Shown: positions 9,434 to 18,304 of the stretch, piece after piece | How positions within the stretch are numbered: the stretch's first letter is position 1 | Layout: each line of letters starts with the position of its first letter | Source of the DNA: a virus | Taxonomy: Duplodnaviria > Caudoviricetes | DNA length: 28,911 nucleotides | Strand: one strand, 5' to 3' | IMG/VR virus record: IMGVR_UViG_3300012232_000040 | Location: 1-28,911 of that record | Program-made: the position numbers and the translations under genes | The notes under the pieces: generated by a model | Told to the model about the DNA's origin: nothing | What the model saw: only the letters and a program-made list of their open reading frames with translations | Database searches by the model: none

Positions 9434-10030
9434 CTACGCTATGGTCACCCCGTAGGCTGCCAGCACCCGCCATTTGCCCTTCATGGCCATGATGGTGAAG
9501 CTGTTGCCCGCGGTCGCCGTGAACGTCGCCAGATTCGACGACGTAGTGTTGTCGTTGAACCCGACCGTGTAATCGACGGTGTGAGCCGCCGCCGTCGTCG
9601 AGACAATCGTGACCACCGTGCCATCGGCAAACCCCGAGGGGCTTTCGATGGTCATCGTGGCCGCCGACGCCTTCTCCAGATGCACCACGGTGTCGTAGAC
9701 CGGCACCGCAATGGCGCCGTTGACCCCGTAACTGACAATCTGTGGCTTGAACGGAGCCGGATTGAGCACCTGAGCCGGCTGCGAACTCAGCATGTCGGCG
9801 TAGGTGCCATTCGCCACGGGCGCGAGGATGGCGTGGGCCGCCACCACCGAACCATTGACGCCCCGACGTGAGACCGGAATCGTGGTGCCAGATGCTTCCG
9901 CAATCTGGACCATGAACTCCGAATCGACGCGCCAGACCTGCCCGACCGCGGCCCCGGTGGACGCGGTGACGACGATGAACTGCTGAGTCGCGGAGGCTGC
10001 CGCGGCAAGAGTCGAGTTAGTGATTGCCAT
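9434..10030 (-). CDS. Capsid decoration / cement protein
   Basis: Immediately follows the coat gene; beta-rich, 198 aa; VDSEF...RRGVNGS..AAH domain. Confidence 0.65.
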   Translation of the reverse strand: MAITNSTLAAAASATQQFIVVTASTGAAVGQVWRVDSEFMVQIAEASGTTIPVSRRGVNGSVVAAHAILAPVANGTYADMLSSQPAQVLNPAPFKPQIVSYGVNGAIAVPVYDTVVHLEKASAATMTIESPSGFADGTVVTIVSTTAAAHTVDYTVGFNDNTTSSNLATFTATAGNSFTIMAMKGKWRVLAAYGVTIA

Positions 10031-10033
10031 CGG

Positions 10034-11293
10034 TTAGGCTCCCTGAATCCGGCAGGCCCATTCCTTGCGGTAAGGCGCCCACCCGAACATCGCATCGACC
10101 CTCGAGACCTTCTGGTCCGTCTGCGCGTTGTACTGCTTGACGTACCGGAGCGCGAAGCCAAGCTCCGAGGCGCCGGGACCGGTGATGCTGGACGAATCCG
10201 CGCCCGGGGTATCCGAATCGGGGTCCACCATCGCCAGGACGAACGCATCCGGGTGATAGATCATCGACTGCGCCGAATTGGTCGCCGTCAACGCGCCGGA
10301 ACCGGTCGTGATGGTCGAACCGAGCACCTGAATCGGCGCCGCATCGGCCGGCGAGGCCGTGACGGTCGCCTGGGTGCTTACGCTCGGCGGGGTGATGGGC
10401 GGCGAGATCGAGATCGTCATCGCGCCCCCCGTATCGCTGATGGTCGCCAGCACCGTGAACTGCTGCAAGGAGCCCGTGGACGCCTTGTTCAGCGGATTGA
10501 GCGCATAGACACCCGTGATGGTGAAAATGTCGCCCGCGTTCAGGGTCGTCGCGCCGGAGGCCCATGCCTGCGTCAAGAGACTCGAACCGGTCTGGTTCGC
10601 GCCGTTGACGGTCGGGGTCGCCGTCGTGAACGATCCGGTCGTCCGAATCCACGTATTGGCCGACTGATACCACTCGTCCACACCGAGCGCCTGACCACTG
10701 AACATCCCCGTGCGGTATTCGGACGAAATCTTGTCCGAAGGGTTGAACAGTTGCAGGTTGCCGGTGCCGACCAGCGTCGCCATCATCTGCGGCTTGAGAA
10801 TCGCCACGCGGTCGTCGGGCGGGCAGCCAATGTCGGTCAACTTCACGCCCGCGTCCAGATAGGTCTGGTTCGTGGACGGGTTGACACCCGGGGTGCCGAC
10901 CGACCAGTAGGCGAGTGGCGACATCCGCGCCAGGCCCTGCGTGTCGATGTAGTTGGAGAGCGAGAGCGCCACCGGCTTGATGTACCGGCTGCGGACTTCC
11001 TCGACCGTCAGGGTGGCATCGAACGTGCTCCACGAGACGCCGATGTTCGCCTGGTCGGTAATCGAGACCGGCGTGAGCTGGTCCACGATGTTCGCGGCCT
11101 GGAACGCCTGCCCGCTCGTGACCGCTGGGGTCCACGGGAGACGTAGGTTGAAGGTGTCACCCACCTTCGCGCCCCCGGCCTTGAAGGCGTCTGAATAGAC
11201 GCGCTTGCAATTGGCCGAGAACTTCATGTTGTTGATTGCCAGCCGGCCGGTCTCCTTGACCACCCAGCTTGGCGTCCGAAACGTATTCGCCAT
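10034..11293 (-). CDS. Major capsid protein, P22 gp5-like coat
   Basis: MANTFRTP...GAKVGDTFNLRLP, the LNAGDIFTITGVYALNP insertion domain, and C-terminal RVDAMFGW...EWACRI. Confidence 0.92.
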   Translation of the reverse strand: MANTFRTPSWVVKETGRLAINNMKFSANCKRVYSDAFKAGGAKVGDTFNLRLPWTPAVTSGQAFQAANIVDQLTPVSITDQANIGVSWSTFDATLTVEEVRSRYIKPVALSLSNYIDTQGLARMSPLAYWSVGTPGVNPSTNQTYLDAGVKLTDIGCPPDDRVAILKPQMMATLVGTGNLQLFNPSDKISSEYRTGMFSGQALGVDEWYQSANTWIRTTGSFTTATPTVNGANQTGSSLLTQAWASGATTLNAGDIFTITGVYALNPLNKASTGSLQQFTVLATISDTGGAMTISISPPITPPSVSTQATVTASPADAAPIQVLGSTITTGSGALTATNSAQSMIYHPDAFVLAMVDPDSDTPGADSSSITGPGASELGFALRYVKQYNAQTDQKVSRVDAMFGWAPYRKEWACRIQGA

Positions 11294-11304
11294 CTGCGCC
11301 CCTG

Positions 11305-12321
11305 TTAGGCGCCGCGACGCTCCCGCTTATTCATCTCTCGGAGATATCCTCTACCGAAAGGCATGTCAGACGGGTCTTTGTCGGGCGCTGGTTCTCGGCT
11401 GGTCCGCACGGGAGTAATCGGGACAGCAGAGGTTCGAGGGAGCGCCGCCGCTGATCCCGTAGAGACCGCAGCAGACAACGCAGGAGTGGACGCCTTGACC
11501 GTGGCTTCCAAGAGACGGCGCACCGCTGTGGCAGCTTCACGGGGTGTCCCAATGACATCCTTGGCGAGCTGAATCAGTTCCTCCGGGTGCGACCCGAGGA
11601 AGCGAATGATGTCCGGTCCCATTTCCGACGACGCAATCGCGTCGAGCATGACGGCCGGGACCGGCGCTTGCGGGTGAAACCCCGCGGCCGTCAAGGTGTC
11701 ATCGACCGCCGAAAAGTACTTCGGGAAGTCGGGATCGTCTTTCGTCGCCGCATCAAACCGCGACGTGGCGGCATCGGCGACGGCCTTGGCCGCCTGACGC
11801 GCCTCACGCTCGGCCCATTTGCGTTCCACCGCCTGCTCAGCCCGCCATTCGGCGCGGGCGGCGAGGTAGGACGCATAGGGATCGGGTTGATCGGAGAAAT
11901 CGGCTTCCTGTGGGCCACCTTCCGGCACCTGAGACAGTGCCGGTTTGGCCTTCACGGGCGCTTCACGCTCAGACACGCGCCGTTCGAGGTCGGCAATCTT
12001 CGCGTCACGCTCGGCCAGAAGGCGTGTGGCCTCGGCGGCTTTCGCGGTCGCTTCTTGCACGCGGGCCTGCGGGTCGTGCCGCGGGTTGCCCTTCTTGAAC
12101 TTGCCCTTCTCGTCGCGTTCGGTCGCTTTGGCGTCGAGTTCCGGTTCAGGTTCTGGCGCCGGCGCGTCATCTGGCCCATCGGTCGGCGGCGGGTCGCCTT
12201 CTTCGGGTGTCTCGCCCTTCGACGCGGCCCGATCCGCCTCATTCATCCGCTTCATGTACGCGACGTTAAACGGCTCGGCGTCTACGGCGGTCTCAGCGGG
12301 AATCAGTTCGGACTCGCTCAT
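11305..12321 (-). CDS. Scaffolding protein
   Basis: Between portal and coat; acidic Pro-rich N-terminus, RDEKGKF motif, coiled coils, SEMGPDIIRFLGSHPEE motif, basic C-terminal helix. Confidence 0.8.
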   Translation of the reverse strand: MSESELIPAETAVDAEPFNVAYMKRMNEADRAASKGETPEEGDPPPTDGPDDAPAPEPEPELDAKATERDEKGKFKKGNPRHDPQARVQEATAKAAEATRLLAERDAKIADLERRVSEREAPVKAKPALSQVPEGGPQEADFSDQPDPYASYLAARAEWRAEQAVERKWAEREARQAAKAVADAATSRFDAATKDDPDFPKYFSAVDDTLTAAGFHPQAPVPAVMLDAIASSEMGPDIIRFLGSHPEELIQLAKDVIGTPREAATAVRRLLEATVKASTPALSAAVSTGSAAALPRTSAVPITPVRTSREPAPDKDPSDMPFGRGYLREMNKRERRGA

Positions 12322-14684
12322 GCGGGTGGCTCAGTGTCGGACGGGGCCAGAGAATTGTCAAGCACCGATTGGGCCATCTGCCCTTCCTGGCCCGCCGTTT
12401 GCGCTTCCAATCCTTGATCGTGCGCCTGCTGGCCCTGCTCCAACGTCTGCCGATGGCTCATGTCGGACATCAGCATTTCGTGACGGTCCTCGAGACTCGC
12501 CGTGATGAGATCCAGTTTGGCATTCACGTCTTGCGTGGCCTTCTGCGCGTTAATCGTCGCCTCGGTCTTCAGGAGTTCGGTCTGGGCCTTTAGTTGGGCG
12601 ATCCGTTCCTCGGATTCGATCTTGAGGCGTGCCCGTTCCGTCTCGCCAGCCTGTTTGATGGTGTCGCCCTCAATCGCCATCTGCTGCTCTTTCAGCCGCG
12701 CCGTCATGGCCTCAAGCATCTGGCCCTGCTGCTGCATCTGGGCTTCGAGCATCTGGGCCTTCGCCCTCGGGTCCGTGCCCTTGCGCTTTTCGGCCAGATA
12801 CTTCTGCACGGGCGGCGGCAGGAGCAATTCCGCCCGTTCCTTCGCATCCTTCGCGCCGGGGAAGGTCTGCATTCCGAACCAAATGTCGGCAAAGGCGCCC
12901 ATCATGTTCGGATTGGCCGCGAACACCTCCGACATGGCCGCGGCCCCTTCTTCATTCCGCACATCGAAGGCTTTTCCGACCTTGATGGCGACCGAGAAGT
13001 CCCGATCCGTCAAGACGACGGGTTTCGGCTGCTGTCCAGGCATCGCCGGTTGCCCGGGCGCCCCAACGACACGCGTTTCGGTCTCCCCCTGTGGGGTCAC
13101 CATCTGGAGATTCCGGCCCGGGCGCATCCCGTAGACCGGATACACAAGGTCGTTGAACATCCGCGCTTCGTGGCGAATCGACCGCGCATGATTGTCGAGA
13201 TAGTTGCTGGTCGCCATCTGCGCTTGCTTTTGAAGCGCAAGAATGGCGCGACCGCTCTTAATCGACGGGTCCACGTTACCGAGACTGGCTTCCGGCACGC
13301 CGGTCGTATCGTGCCCCGCCTGTTTGAACGTGCTGAGACCGAAGGCAATCGCCTGAATCGCCGGCTCCACCACATCCCGATGGGGCGGCGGCAGCGTCTT
13401 CCCAGACTCGGAGACAGCGTTATAGGGCAAATACGGGATCGGCACAGTAGCCGACTTCTCGTACCACTCCTCGAATCCTTCGATCTGCTCGAGCGAGGCA
13501 ATCACTGGGGCCAGCGGCGCCCTCGCAATGGCTTCCACCATCGCGGACACCATGAAGTTGAACCCTTCCTGGCTCGAGATGCCGGGACGGACCAATCCCT
13601 CACAGCGGCGGTCATCATCGAACGGCTGAAGTTCCTCGCCCACTTCCTTGATGATCGGGATGTAGCGGCCGGCCCAATCTTCGTAGGCCAAGACTTCGTT
13701 CGCGCCATTCACCTTCGCCCACTTGATGGACGGGACTTCGACCTGCCGTGGTTTCGTGGGGCGCCCGTTCAAGGGATTGGGCGGCCCTTCTGCCTTCGCG
13801 CCTGTAGGCAGTTCCTCTTTCCAATAGGCACCGCCGTTGAACCAGCAGAGCGTTTTCGTCTCGTAGGTCGTCCAGAAGTACTCCGCGACCCGAATGACCT
13901 TTTGTCCCTCGCCATCGGTGCCGACCCACCGGCCGGTTTCGGACATGAGGCCCGTAAACTCGTCCGCCGAGATGAGATCCGTCAGTTTCGAGTCAGGGAA
14001 TTCGGCCTCGTAGGCCTCCTCGCTCATATCGACGGCAATCAGCCCCCATTTGGCGTCAGAGCCATCAGGCTCAACGTGCGACGGGTCCAAACGGACGCTC
14101 GACTGGTTGTAAATCCGCTTAATGACGATCTGATTGTCGAAACTGCGTGGAGAGACCGGCTCAATCAGCATGCGCCAGAAGCCGCGGCCGGCCTGCGCCA
14201 CACGGTCGAACGTCCAACTGTGCGCCGCCTGCGCCTCGCTGTCCCGCTGGCACTTCCGGTACAGCCCTTCGCGCAATTCAATCTCGGCGGCGACATCTTC
14301 AGGCGTGCCGAGGCCAAAATCATCGGCGGGAATCAGTTCGGCGGCCAGATGCGCGTTTCGCTCCTGATTCTGGAGTTGTCGGACGGGCTGGCGGAGTTGG
14401 TTGATGGTGAGTCTCGGCCGTGCCGGGATGGCGGGCATGTTCCCGCTCGCCGCTTGCCCTTGCCGGTCACGAATGGCGGATTCCGGCCACTGTTCGCCGG
14501 CATAGAACCGCATGTCCTCTTTTTCGCGGACCAACTGGCGTTGATCGGAGGCGTCGGCGTTCTTCCAGCAGGCTTTGGCCTTGTTGCAAATGGCCTCCAT
14601 CTGCTTTTTGGTCAAACGCGAGCCTTCGGCGGGCGCTTTCTCGTCCGGTTCAGGCGTGTCGTCCTGCTCGTCGCCGTAGGCCAT
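12318..14684 (-). CDS. Portal protein, P22 gp1-like
   Basis: EDMRFYAGEQWP...RPRLTINQL, SGRAILALQKQ, and a long C-terminal coiled-coil barrel. Confidence 0.92.
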   Translation of the reverse strand: MAYGDEQDDTPEPDEKAPAEGSRLTKKQMEAICNKAKACWKNADASDQRQLVREKEDMRFYAGEQWPESAIRDRQGQAASGNMPAIPARPRLTINQLRQPVRQLQNQERNAHLAAELIPADDFGLGTPEDVAAEIELREGLYRKCQRDSEAQAAHSWTFDRVAQAGRGFWRMLIEPVSPRSFDNQIVIKRIYNQSSVRLDPSHVEPDGSDAKWGLIAVDMSEEAYEAEFPDSKLTDLISADEFTGLMSETGRWVGTDGEGQKVIRVAEYFWTTYETKTLCWFNGGAYWKEELPTGAKAEGPPNPLNGRPTKPRQVEVPSIKWAKVNGANEVLAYEDWAGRYIPIIKEVGEELQPFDDDRRCEGLVRPGISSQEGFNFMVSAMVEAIARAPLAPVIASLEQIEGFEEWYEKSATVPIPYLPYNAVSESGKTLPPPHRDVVEPAIQAIAFGLSTFKQAGHDTTGVPEASLGNVDPSIKSGRAILALQKQAQMATSNYLDNHARSIRHEARMFNDLVYPVYGMRPGRNLQMVTPQGETETRVVGAPGQPAMPGQQPKPVVLTDRDFSVAIKVGKAFDVRNEEGAAAMSEVFAANPNMMGAFADIWFGMQTFPGAKDAKERAELLLPPPVQKYLAEKRKGTDPRAKAQMLEAQMQQQGQMLEAMTARLKEQQMAIEGDTIKQAGETERARLKIESEERIAQLKAQTELLKTEATINAQKATQDVNAKLDLITASLEDRHEMLMSDMSHRQTLEQGQQAHDQGLEAQTAGQEGQMAQSVLDNSLAPSDTEPPA

Positions 14685-14694
14685 CAGCGTGGAG

Positions 14695-14703
14695 AGTCTA
14701 GCA
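14695..14703 (-). promoter_or_regulatory. Extended -10 element upstream of portal
   Basis: TGCTAGACT, 10 nt before the ATG; no Shine-Dalgarno sequence. Confidence 0.5.
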
Positions 14704-14798
14704 CGGGCAGGGGAAATGTGGACCGCCTTGAAGCCACTAGTGGTGTCCTAATGGTACGCCCGACCCTCGTGAGACCGGACTTGGCGGTCGAAGTGATT

Positions 14799-16205
14799 CT
14801 AACTCAACCACGCGCCTTCTCCAACCGCAAACGACCGCCCGCTCGACTTCCGGGTGCGCCCCTCTTTCGGCATCTTGTGCCGCACCGATAGATACCGGAA
14901 CGCATCGGCACCATGCGAGGCCCAATTATGGACCGGCGTGCCGATGAACATGTTCGTCCGCTGATTCCAGCTTTTCCGGTAGTTCCTGAGCGCCGACAGC
15001 CCGTGTTCGCATTTCTGCGCGTCAAACCAGCATCGAGCGAGCAGCAGACGGGCGGCCTCAATGCCGTCGTCGAACGGTAGAGGCGGTGTGGGCTTAAAGG
15101 TAATGCCGAGTGCCTTCGCCGTCTCGAGCCGGGATTTCCCCGTCCCGAGCTCCCGCACCGCGATATCGTGTGGCGCCCCATGCGTGCCGTAGACATAGGG
15201 TTTCTTCGCCAAATACTTGATGTAATGCGGCAACCCCTCGCCACTGGCCTCGTAATAGTCGATGAGCCGTACTTCCCCGCCGCGACTGGTCTGCGAGAAC
15301 CAAATCGTCATCGCATCGTCCACGCCGAGATCCCAATCGGTATTGACGGGAAGGCCGGGATCGTACGGCACCGAGGTAATCCGACCTTCGCGGTCGGCCG
15401 TTTGTAATTCCTGTGCGTAAAACGCGCCCTTAATCGCCGCCGAGGCCGACAAATACCACTCCTGGTCGTAGTCGCTCTGGAGCATGTGCCCCTTGGCAAT
15501 CAGGTCGCGTTCCGACTCCATCGCCTTCTGGAGCGCCACAATCGTGGCCCCGTCCTCGGTCGCGAGCGATCCATCTACCGTTTGCCAGAGGGAGAACCAC
15601 TTCGGGTCGTCCTGCGCCTTGTGGTACGTGTCGTAGAGTTGGTCTGTCCCTTTGATCGTGCCGCTGAAGATGCAGTAGCCGGCGTGGTCCGCGAGCGACT
15701 TGGAGAGGACTTCCGAGAAGACGTTTGGGGGTATTTGTGAATATTCATCCAGCGATAACCCGCTGAGTCCTGGACCGCGGAGAGAATCAGGCGAATCGCC
15801 GCCGACCAACTGGATGCGGCTGCCGTTGGGGTACACGACGAGAAGTTCGGATTCATTGAACCTGACGCCCGGGATCGGTCGCGCATAGTCCTTCATCATT
15901 TCCCAGCCGGTTTTCTTCGCCTGGCTGTACGTCGGCATCACATGCCAATAGACCCGATTCTTCAGGAGCGCCTGCACCTGTTCCGGGGTCGCCTGCGGCA
16001 ACTGCGTCGTCAGCCGCCGAATCTCCCACCCATCATCCATCGCCGCCCGCTGATGCTGATTCAGTTCCGAAGTTGTCTTGCCGGCGCGACGATGGAGCAC
16101 CAGGACCGCCCATTGCTTCTCCAGCAGCGCATCGTGCATCCGACGCGCCCACACCCTCGGACGATAATTGATCTGGACGACCTTCGACTTGGCCTCATCA
16201 GCCAC
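14799..16205 (-). CDS. terL: Terminase large subunit
   Basis: Walker A HRRAGKT, SLRGPGLSGLSLDEY Walker B, GTIKG coupling motif, nuclease WDLGVDD and HNWASHGADAFRY. Confidence 0.95.
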   Translation of the reverse strand: MADEAKSKVVQINYRPRVWARRMHDALLEKQWAVLVLHRRAGKTTSELNQHQRAAMDDGWEIRRLTTQLPQATPEQVQALLKNRVYWHVMPTYSQAKKTGWEMMKDYARPIPGVRFNESELLVVYPNGSRIQLVGGDSPDSLRGPGLSGLSLDEYSQIPPNVFSEVLSKSLADHAGYCIFSGTIKGTDQLYDTYHKAQDDPKWFSLWQTVDGSLATEDGATIVALQKAMESERDLIAKGHMLQSDYDQEWYLSASAAIKGAFYAQELQTADREGRITSVPYDPGLPVNTDWDLGVDDAMTIWFSQTSRGGEVRLIDYYEASGEGLPHYIKYLAKKPYVYGTHGAPHDIAVRELGTGKSRLETAKALGITFKPTPPLPFDDGIEAARLLLARCWFDAQKCEHGLSALRNYRKSWNQRTNMFIGTPVHNWASHGADAFRYLSVRHKMPKEGRTRKSSGRSFAVGEGAWLS

Positions 16206-16335
16206 GCGGCGCCTTCACCATCGTGGGGTCCATCGGTGCCCCCACCGGAAACTTCGCCGGCTTCGCCCGCTTCCACCGATGCACATACGACAAGGCGTCA
16301 ATCTCGTCACAGAGACGCGCTAATTCCTCATCCAT
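16198..16335 (-). CDS. Small hypothetical protein (45 aa) coupled to terL
   Basis: Manual translation MDEELARLCDEIDALSYVHRWKRAKPAKFPVGAPMDPTMVKAPRG; stop overlaps the terL start; TAGACT lies 7 nt upstream of the ATG. Confidence 0.6.
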   Translation of the reverse strand: MDEELARLCDEIDALSYVHRWKRAKPAKFPVGAPMDPTMVKAPRG

Positions 16336-16663
16336 CCGTGAGAGTCTACAGGAAATTAGGTGGCCTGTGATATCCTGAGCGTAGCGGGCACGAAGAACCC
16401 ACCTCCAAGTACAAGATCAAGATCTTTCGCGGAGAATGGCGCGCACGGTAGTGGCGCCGATTCCCTCCCAAGGCCCGTCTCTACCGCCCCTCCCAGAAAC
16501 CCGTAAGTCCTTTGCCTTTTAAGGTGTGCAAGGATTTTCAGATCGACTGGAAATTTCATTTTTCTGTGGGAGGAATGGACGCCTTGAATCGAACGCCCCC
16601 ACTCAGCCATCGCAAAACAGAAGGTTGGGATTTTTGAGTCTGCGCGGGAGGGGAACTGCCACC

Positions 16664-17305
16664 TCATTCGCCTTTCGGCTCCTCGCCTCCTCCCCCCACC
16701 CCCACCCCCTCGACTTCTGGCACGGGGTGTGCCTGGAGCTCGAGCACAGGGAGCGCTGCAGCAGGGAGGACATGGACATCCACCGGGGTGGGGCCATCGA
16801 GCCATTGGATCTGGATGGTGCCTGTGTGCTCCACCTTCTCCGTGAGTAGGGATAGATGCTTCGCCAGCATCTCCATCGCCCGTGTCTTGTCATACATCCT
16901 GACCTTGAGCACGGTATCCGTGTTGCCGTCCCCTGACGTAAGGTTCCGTGTCACCACATCAAAGGACTGTACCGCTGCCCCCTGATCCGCTGTCCATTCA
17001 GAGGGGCGCTTGAGGCTGCCATCGGGGTTGAACATATCCCGGACATCCACCCGGGCGAGGCGCATCAATTCACGCAGAATTCCGGTCACGCTTACATCGG
17101 CTGCGGAGATGCAATCCGCCTCCAATTCCGCGACACGGGCTTGGATATTTGGCTGAATCAGGAGTTCAGAGGCTTGTGAAGCGGCAGTGAGCGCACTATA
17201 ACCCGCTCGAATAGCCGCTTTACTGCCATTCAAGTCTTTGAGGTATTCCGAGCAAAAGATGCGCTGTTGATCAGAGAGGCCTTGAGCATCCGTGCGCTTT
17301 GGCAT
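16664..17305 (-). CDS. terS: Terminase small subunit
   Basis: LSDQQRIFCSEYLKDLNGSKAAIRAGYS HTH and KVRMYDKTRAMEMLAKHL motif; start reassigned to MPKRTD. Confidence 0.92.
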   Translation of the reverse strand: MPKRTDAQGLSDQQRIFCSEYLKDLNGSKAAIRAGYSALTAASQASELLIQPNIQARVAELEADCISAADVSVTGILRELMRLARVDVRDMFNPDGSLKRPSEWTADQGAAVQSFDVVTRNLTSGDGNTDTVLKVRMYDKTRAMEMLAKHLSLLTEKVEHTGTIQIQWLDGPTPVDVHVLPAAALPVLELQAHPVPEVEGVGVGGGGEEPKGE

Positions 17306-17313
17306 AGAGGCGG

Positions 17314-17322
17314 ATTCTAGCA
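17314..17322 (-). promoter_or_regulatory. Extended -10 element for leaderless terS
   Basis: TGCTAGAAT, 8 nt before the ATG. Confidence 0.6.
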
Positions 17323-17331
17323 TTCTGTCGG

Positions 17332-17350
17332 CTGTCACACTTTTGTCACA
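17332..17350 (+). promoter_or_regulatory. Pho-box-like tandem direct repeat
   Basis: CTGTCAC-ACTT-TTGTCACA; TGTCACA repeats at an 11-bp period. Confidence 0.45.
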
Positions 17351-17370
17351 ATTAGAGAGTGAGATACCTG

Positions 17371-17399
17371 TTGACACCGATATGACCATCGGTCATACT
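17371..17399 (+). promoter_or_regulatory. Sigma70-type early promoter with overlapping palindromic operator
   Basis: TTGACA-N17-CATACT; palindromes TATGACC-ATC-GGTCATA (17381-17397) and ACCGAT-N6-ATCGGT (17376-17393). Confidence 0.8.
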
Positions 17400-17405
17400 C
17401 TCTAC

Positions 17406-17561
17406 ATGGACAGCAACCGCGTTGAAGCGCAGCCGAGCATCCCGACGCTCGAGCCCGTGCGCGAGCTCGAAATCAGCCACCCGCAATTCACGTTACCCGA
17501 GTCCGAGTTCACCTTGACAGCGCCGGCCGAAACCGACGCCACGCAAACCTTGTTGTTTTAA
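17406..17561 (+). CDS. First early protein (51 aa, acidic), C-terminal QTLLF
   Basis: ATG 6 nt after the -10 box, consistent with a leaderless transcript. Confidence 0.65.
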   Translation: MDSNRVEAQPSIPTLEPVRELEISHPQFTLPESEFTLTAPAETDATQTLLF

Positions 17562-17587
17562 CCGCCCGCATTACAGGAGACCCGACC

Positions 17588-17809
17588 ATGACCACGTTCT
17601 ATCAGACTGAAATCGCGACCGCGCTTGAATCCGTCTTCGGCCATGCGTGGCACTCGCTCACGTTTGCTGACCAACAGCTAATCGTCAAGGACTGCACCGA
17701 AGACGGGGGCGTGCAGGATTTCGCCGCCTATCGGCGCAACATCGGCACGGGCAATCTTCAGTCCTATGCCAACGTGATGCGTGTCCGGTTCACGTCGCGT
17801 AATCGCTAA
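17588..17809 (+). CDS. Hypothetical early protein
   Basis: Strong AGGAG RBS, 73 aa. Confidence 0.8.
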   Translation: MTTFYQTEIATALESVFGHAWHSLTFADQQLIVKDCTEDGGVQDFAAYRRNIGTGNLQSYANVMRVRFTSRNR

Positions 17810-17837
17810 CCCGTTCAACATCAGTAGGAGACCGACC

Positions 17838-18227
17838 ATGACCACGACACCGACCACGACTGGCCCACTGACCACCGCGGAATACCACGCCCTCGCCCCT
17901 GCAAACCGCGCCTACCATGATGCCTATCACGCTTTCGCGGGCATCCTGAAATCCGGCGATACGGTCTACACGCAGACGATTCACCGCAGCGCCTCGGGCC
18001 TCAAGCGCGTGCTCCGCGTGATTGTGCTCACGCAGCGCGACGCCGATGGGAACGTGATGCCCTGTCATCCCAATTGGGCCACGCACGTCTTGACGGGCGC
18101 TCGCTTGCAGACGGTAGACGGCTACGACGGCTGCGTGGTGAACGGCTGCGGATTCAATGCCGGCGCCCACCTCGTCGATATCCTCAGCCGTGAATTGGGC
18201 CTCAAGCTGCGTCACGAGGCGCTCTAA
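17838..18227 (+). CDS. Hypothetical early protein of an uncharacterised phage family
   Basis: AGGAG RBS; GDTVYT...SASG.KR...V.GCG..AG.HLV..LS pattern that I recall from environmental phage proteins. Confidence 0.8.
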   Translation: MTTTPTTTGPLTTAEYHALAPANRAYHDAYHAFAGILKSGDTVYTQTIHRSASGLKRVLRVIVLTQRDADGNVMPCHPNWATHVLTGARLQTVDGYDGCVVNGCGFNAGAHLVDILSRELGLKLRHEAL

Positions 18228-18304
18228 TGACCACGCCCCTCGGCCACAACCGCTGCGAGCACTGCGCCACACTCTCGCCGCTCTCAAAAGGAGGATTATT
18301 TTAA
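18227..18304 (+). pseudogene. 25-codon remnant or micropeptide paralogous to the N-terminus of 18525-18719
   Basis: MTTPLGHNRCEHCATLSPLSKGGLF versus MTRISRGHNICQHCGRLSEL; TAATG overlaps at both ends. Confidence 0.55.

Noticed and set aside
10017-11135. 372-aa alternative-frame ORF within the coat gene
   Set aside because: Arg/Gly/His-rich off-frame translation typical of GC3-biased codons.
12594-14891. 765-aa plus-strand ORF
   Set aside because: Antisense shadow of the portal gene in high-GC DNA, with no recognisable motifs. The same applies to most overlapping ORFs in the track.
16356-16805. 149-aa minus-strand ORF spanning the terS-terL gap
   Set aside because: Starts out of frame inside terS, has low-complexity composition and no RBS.
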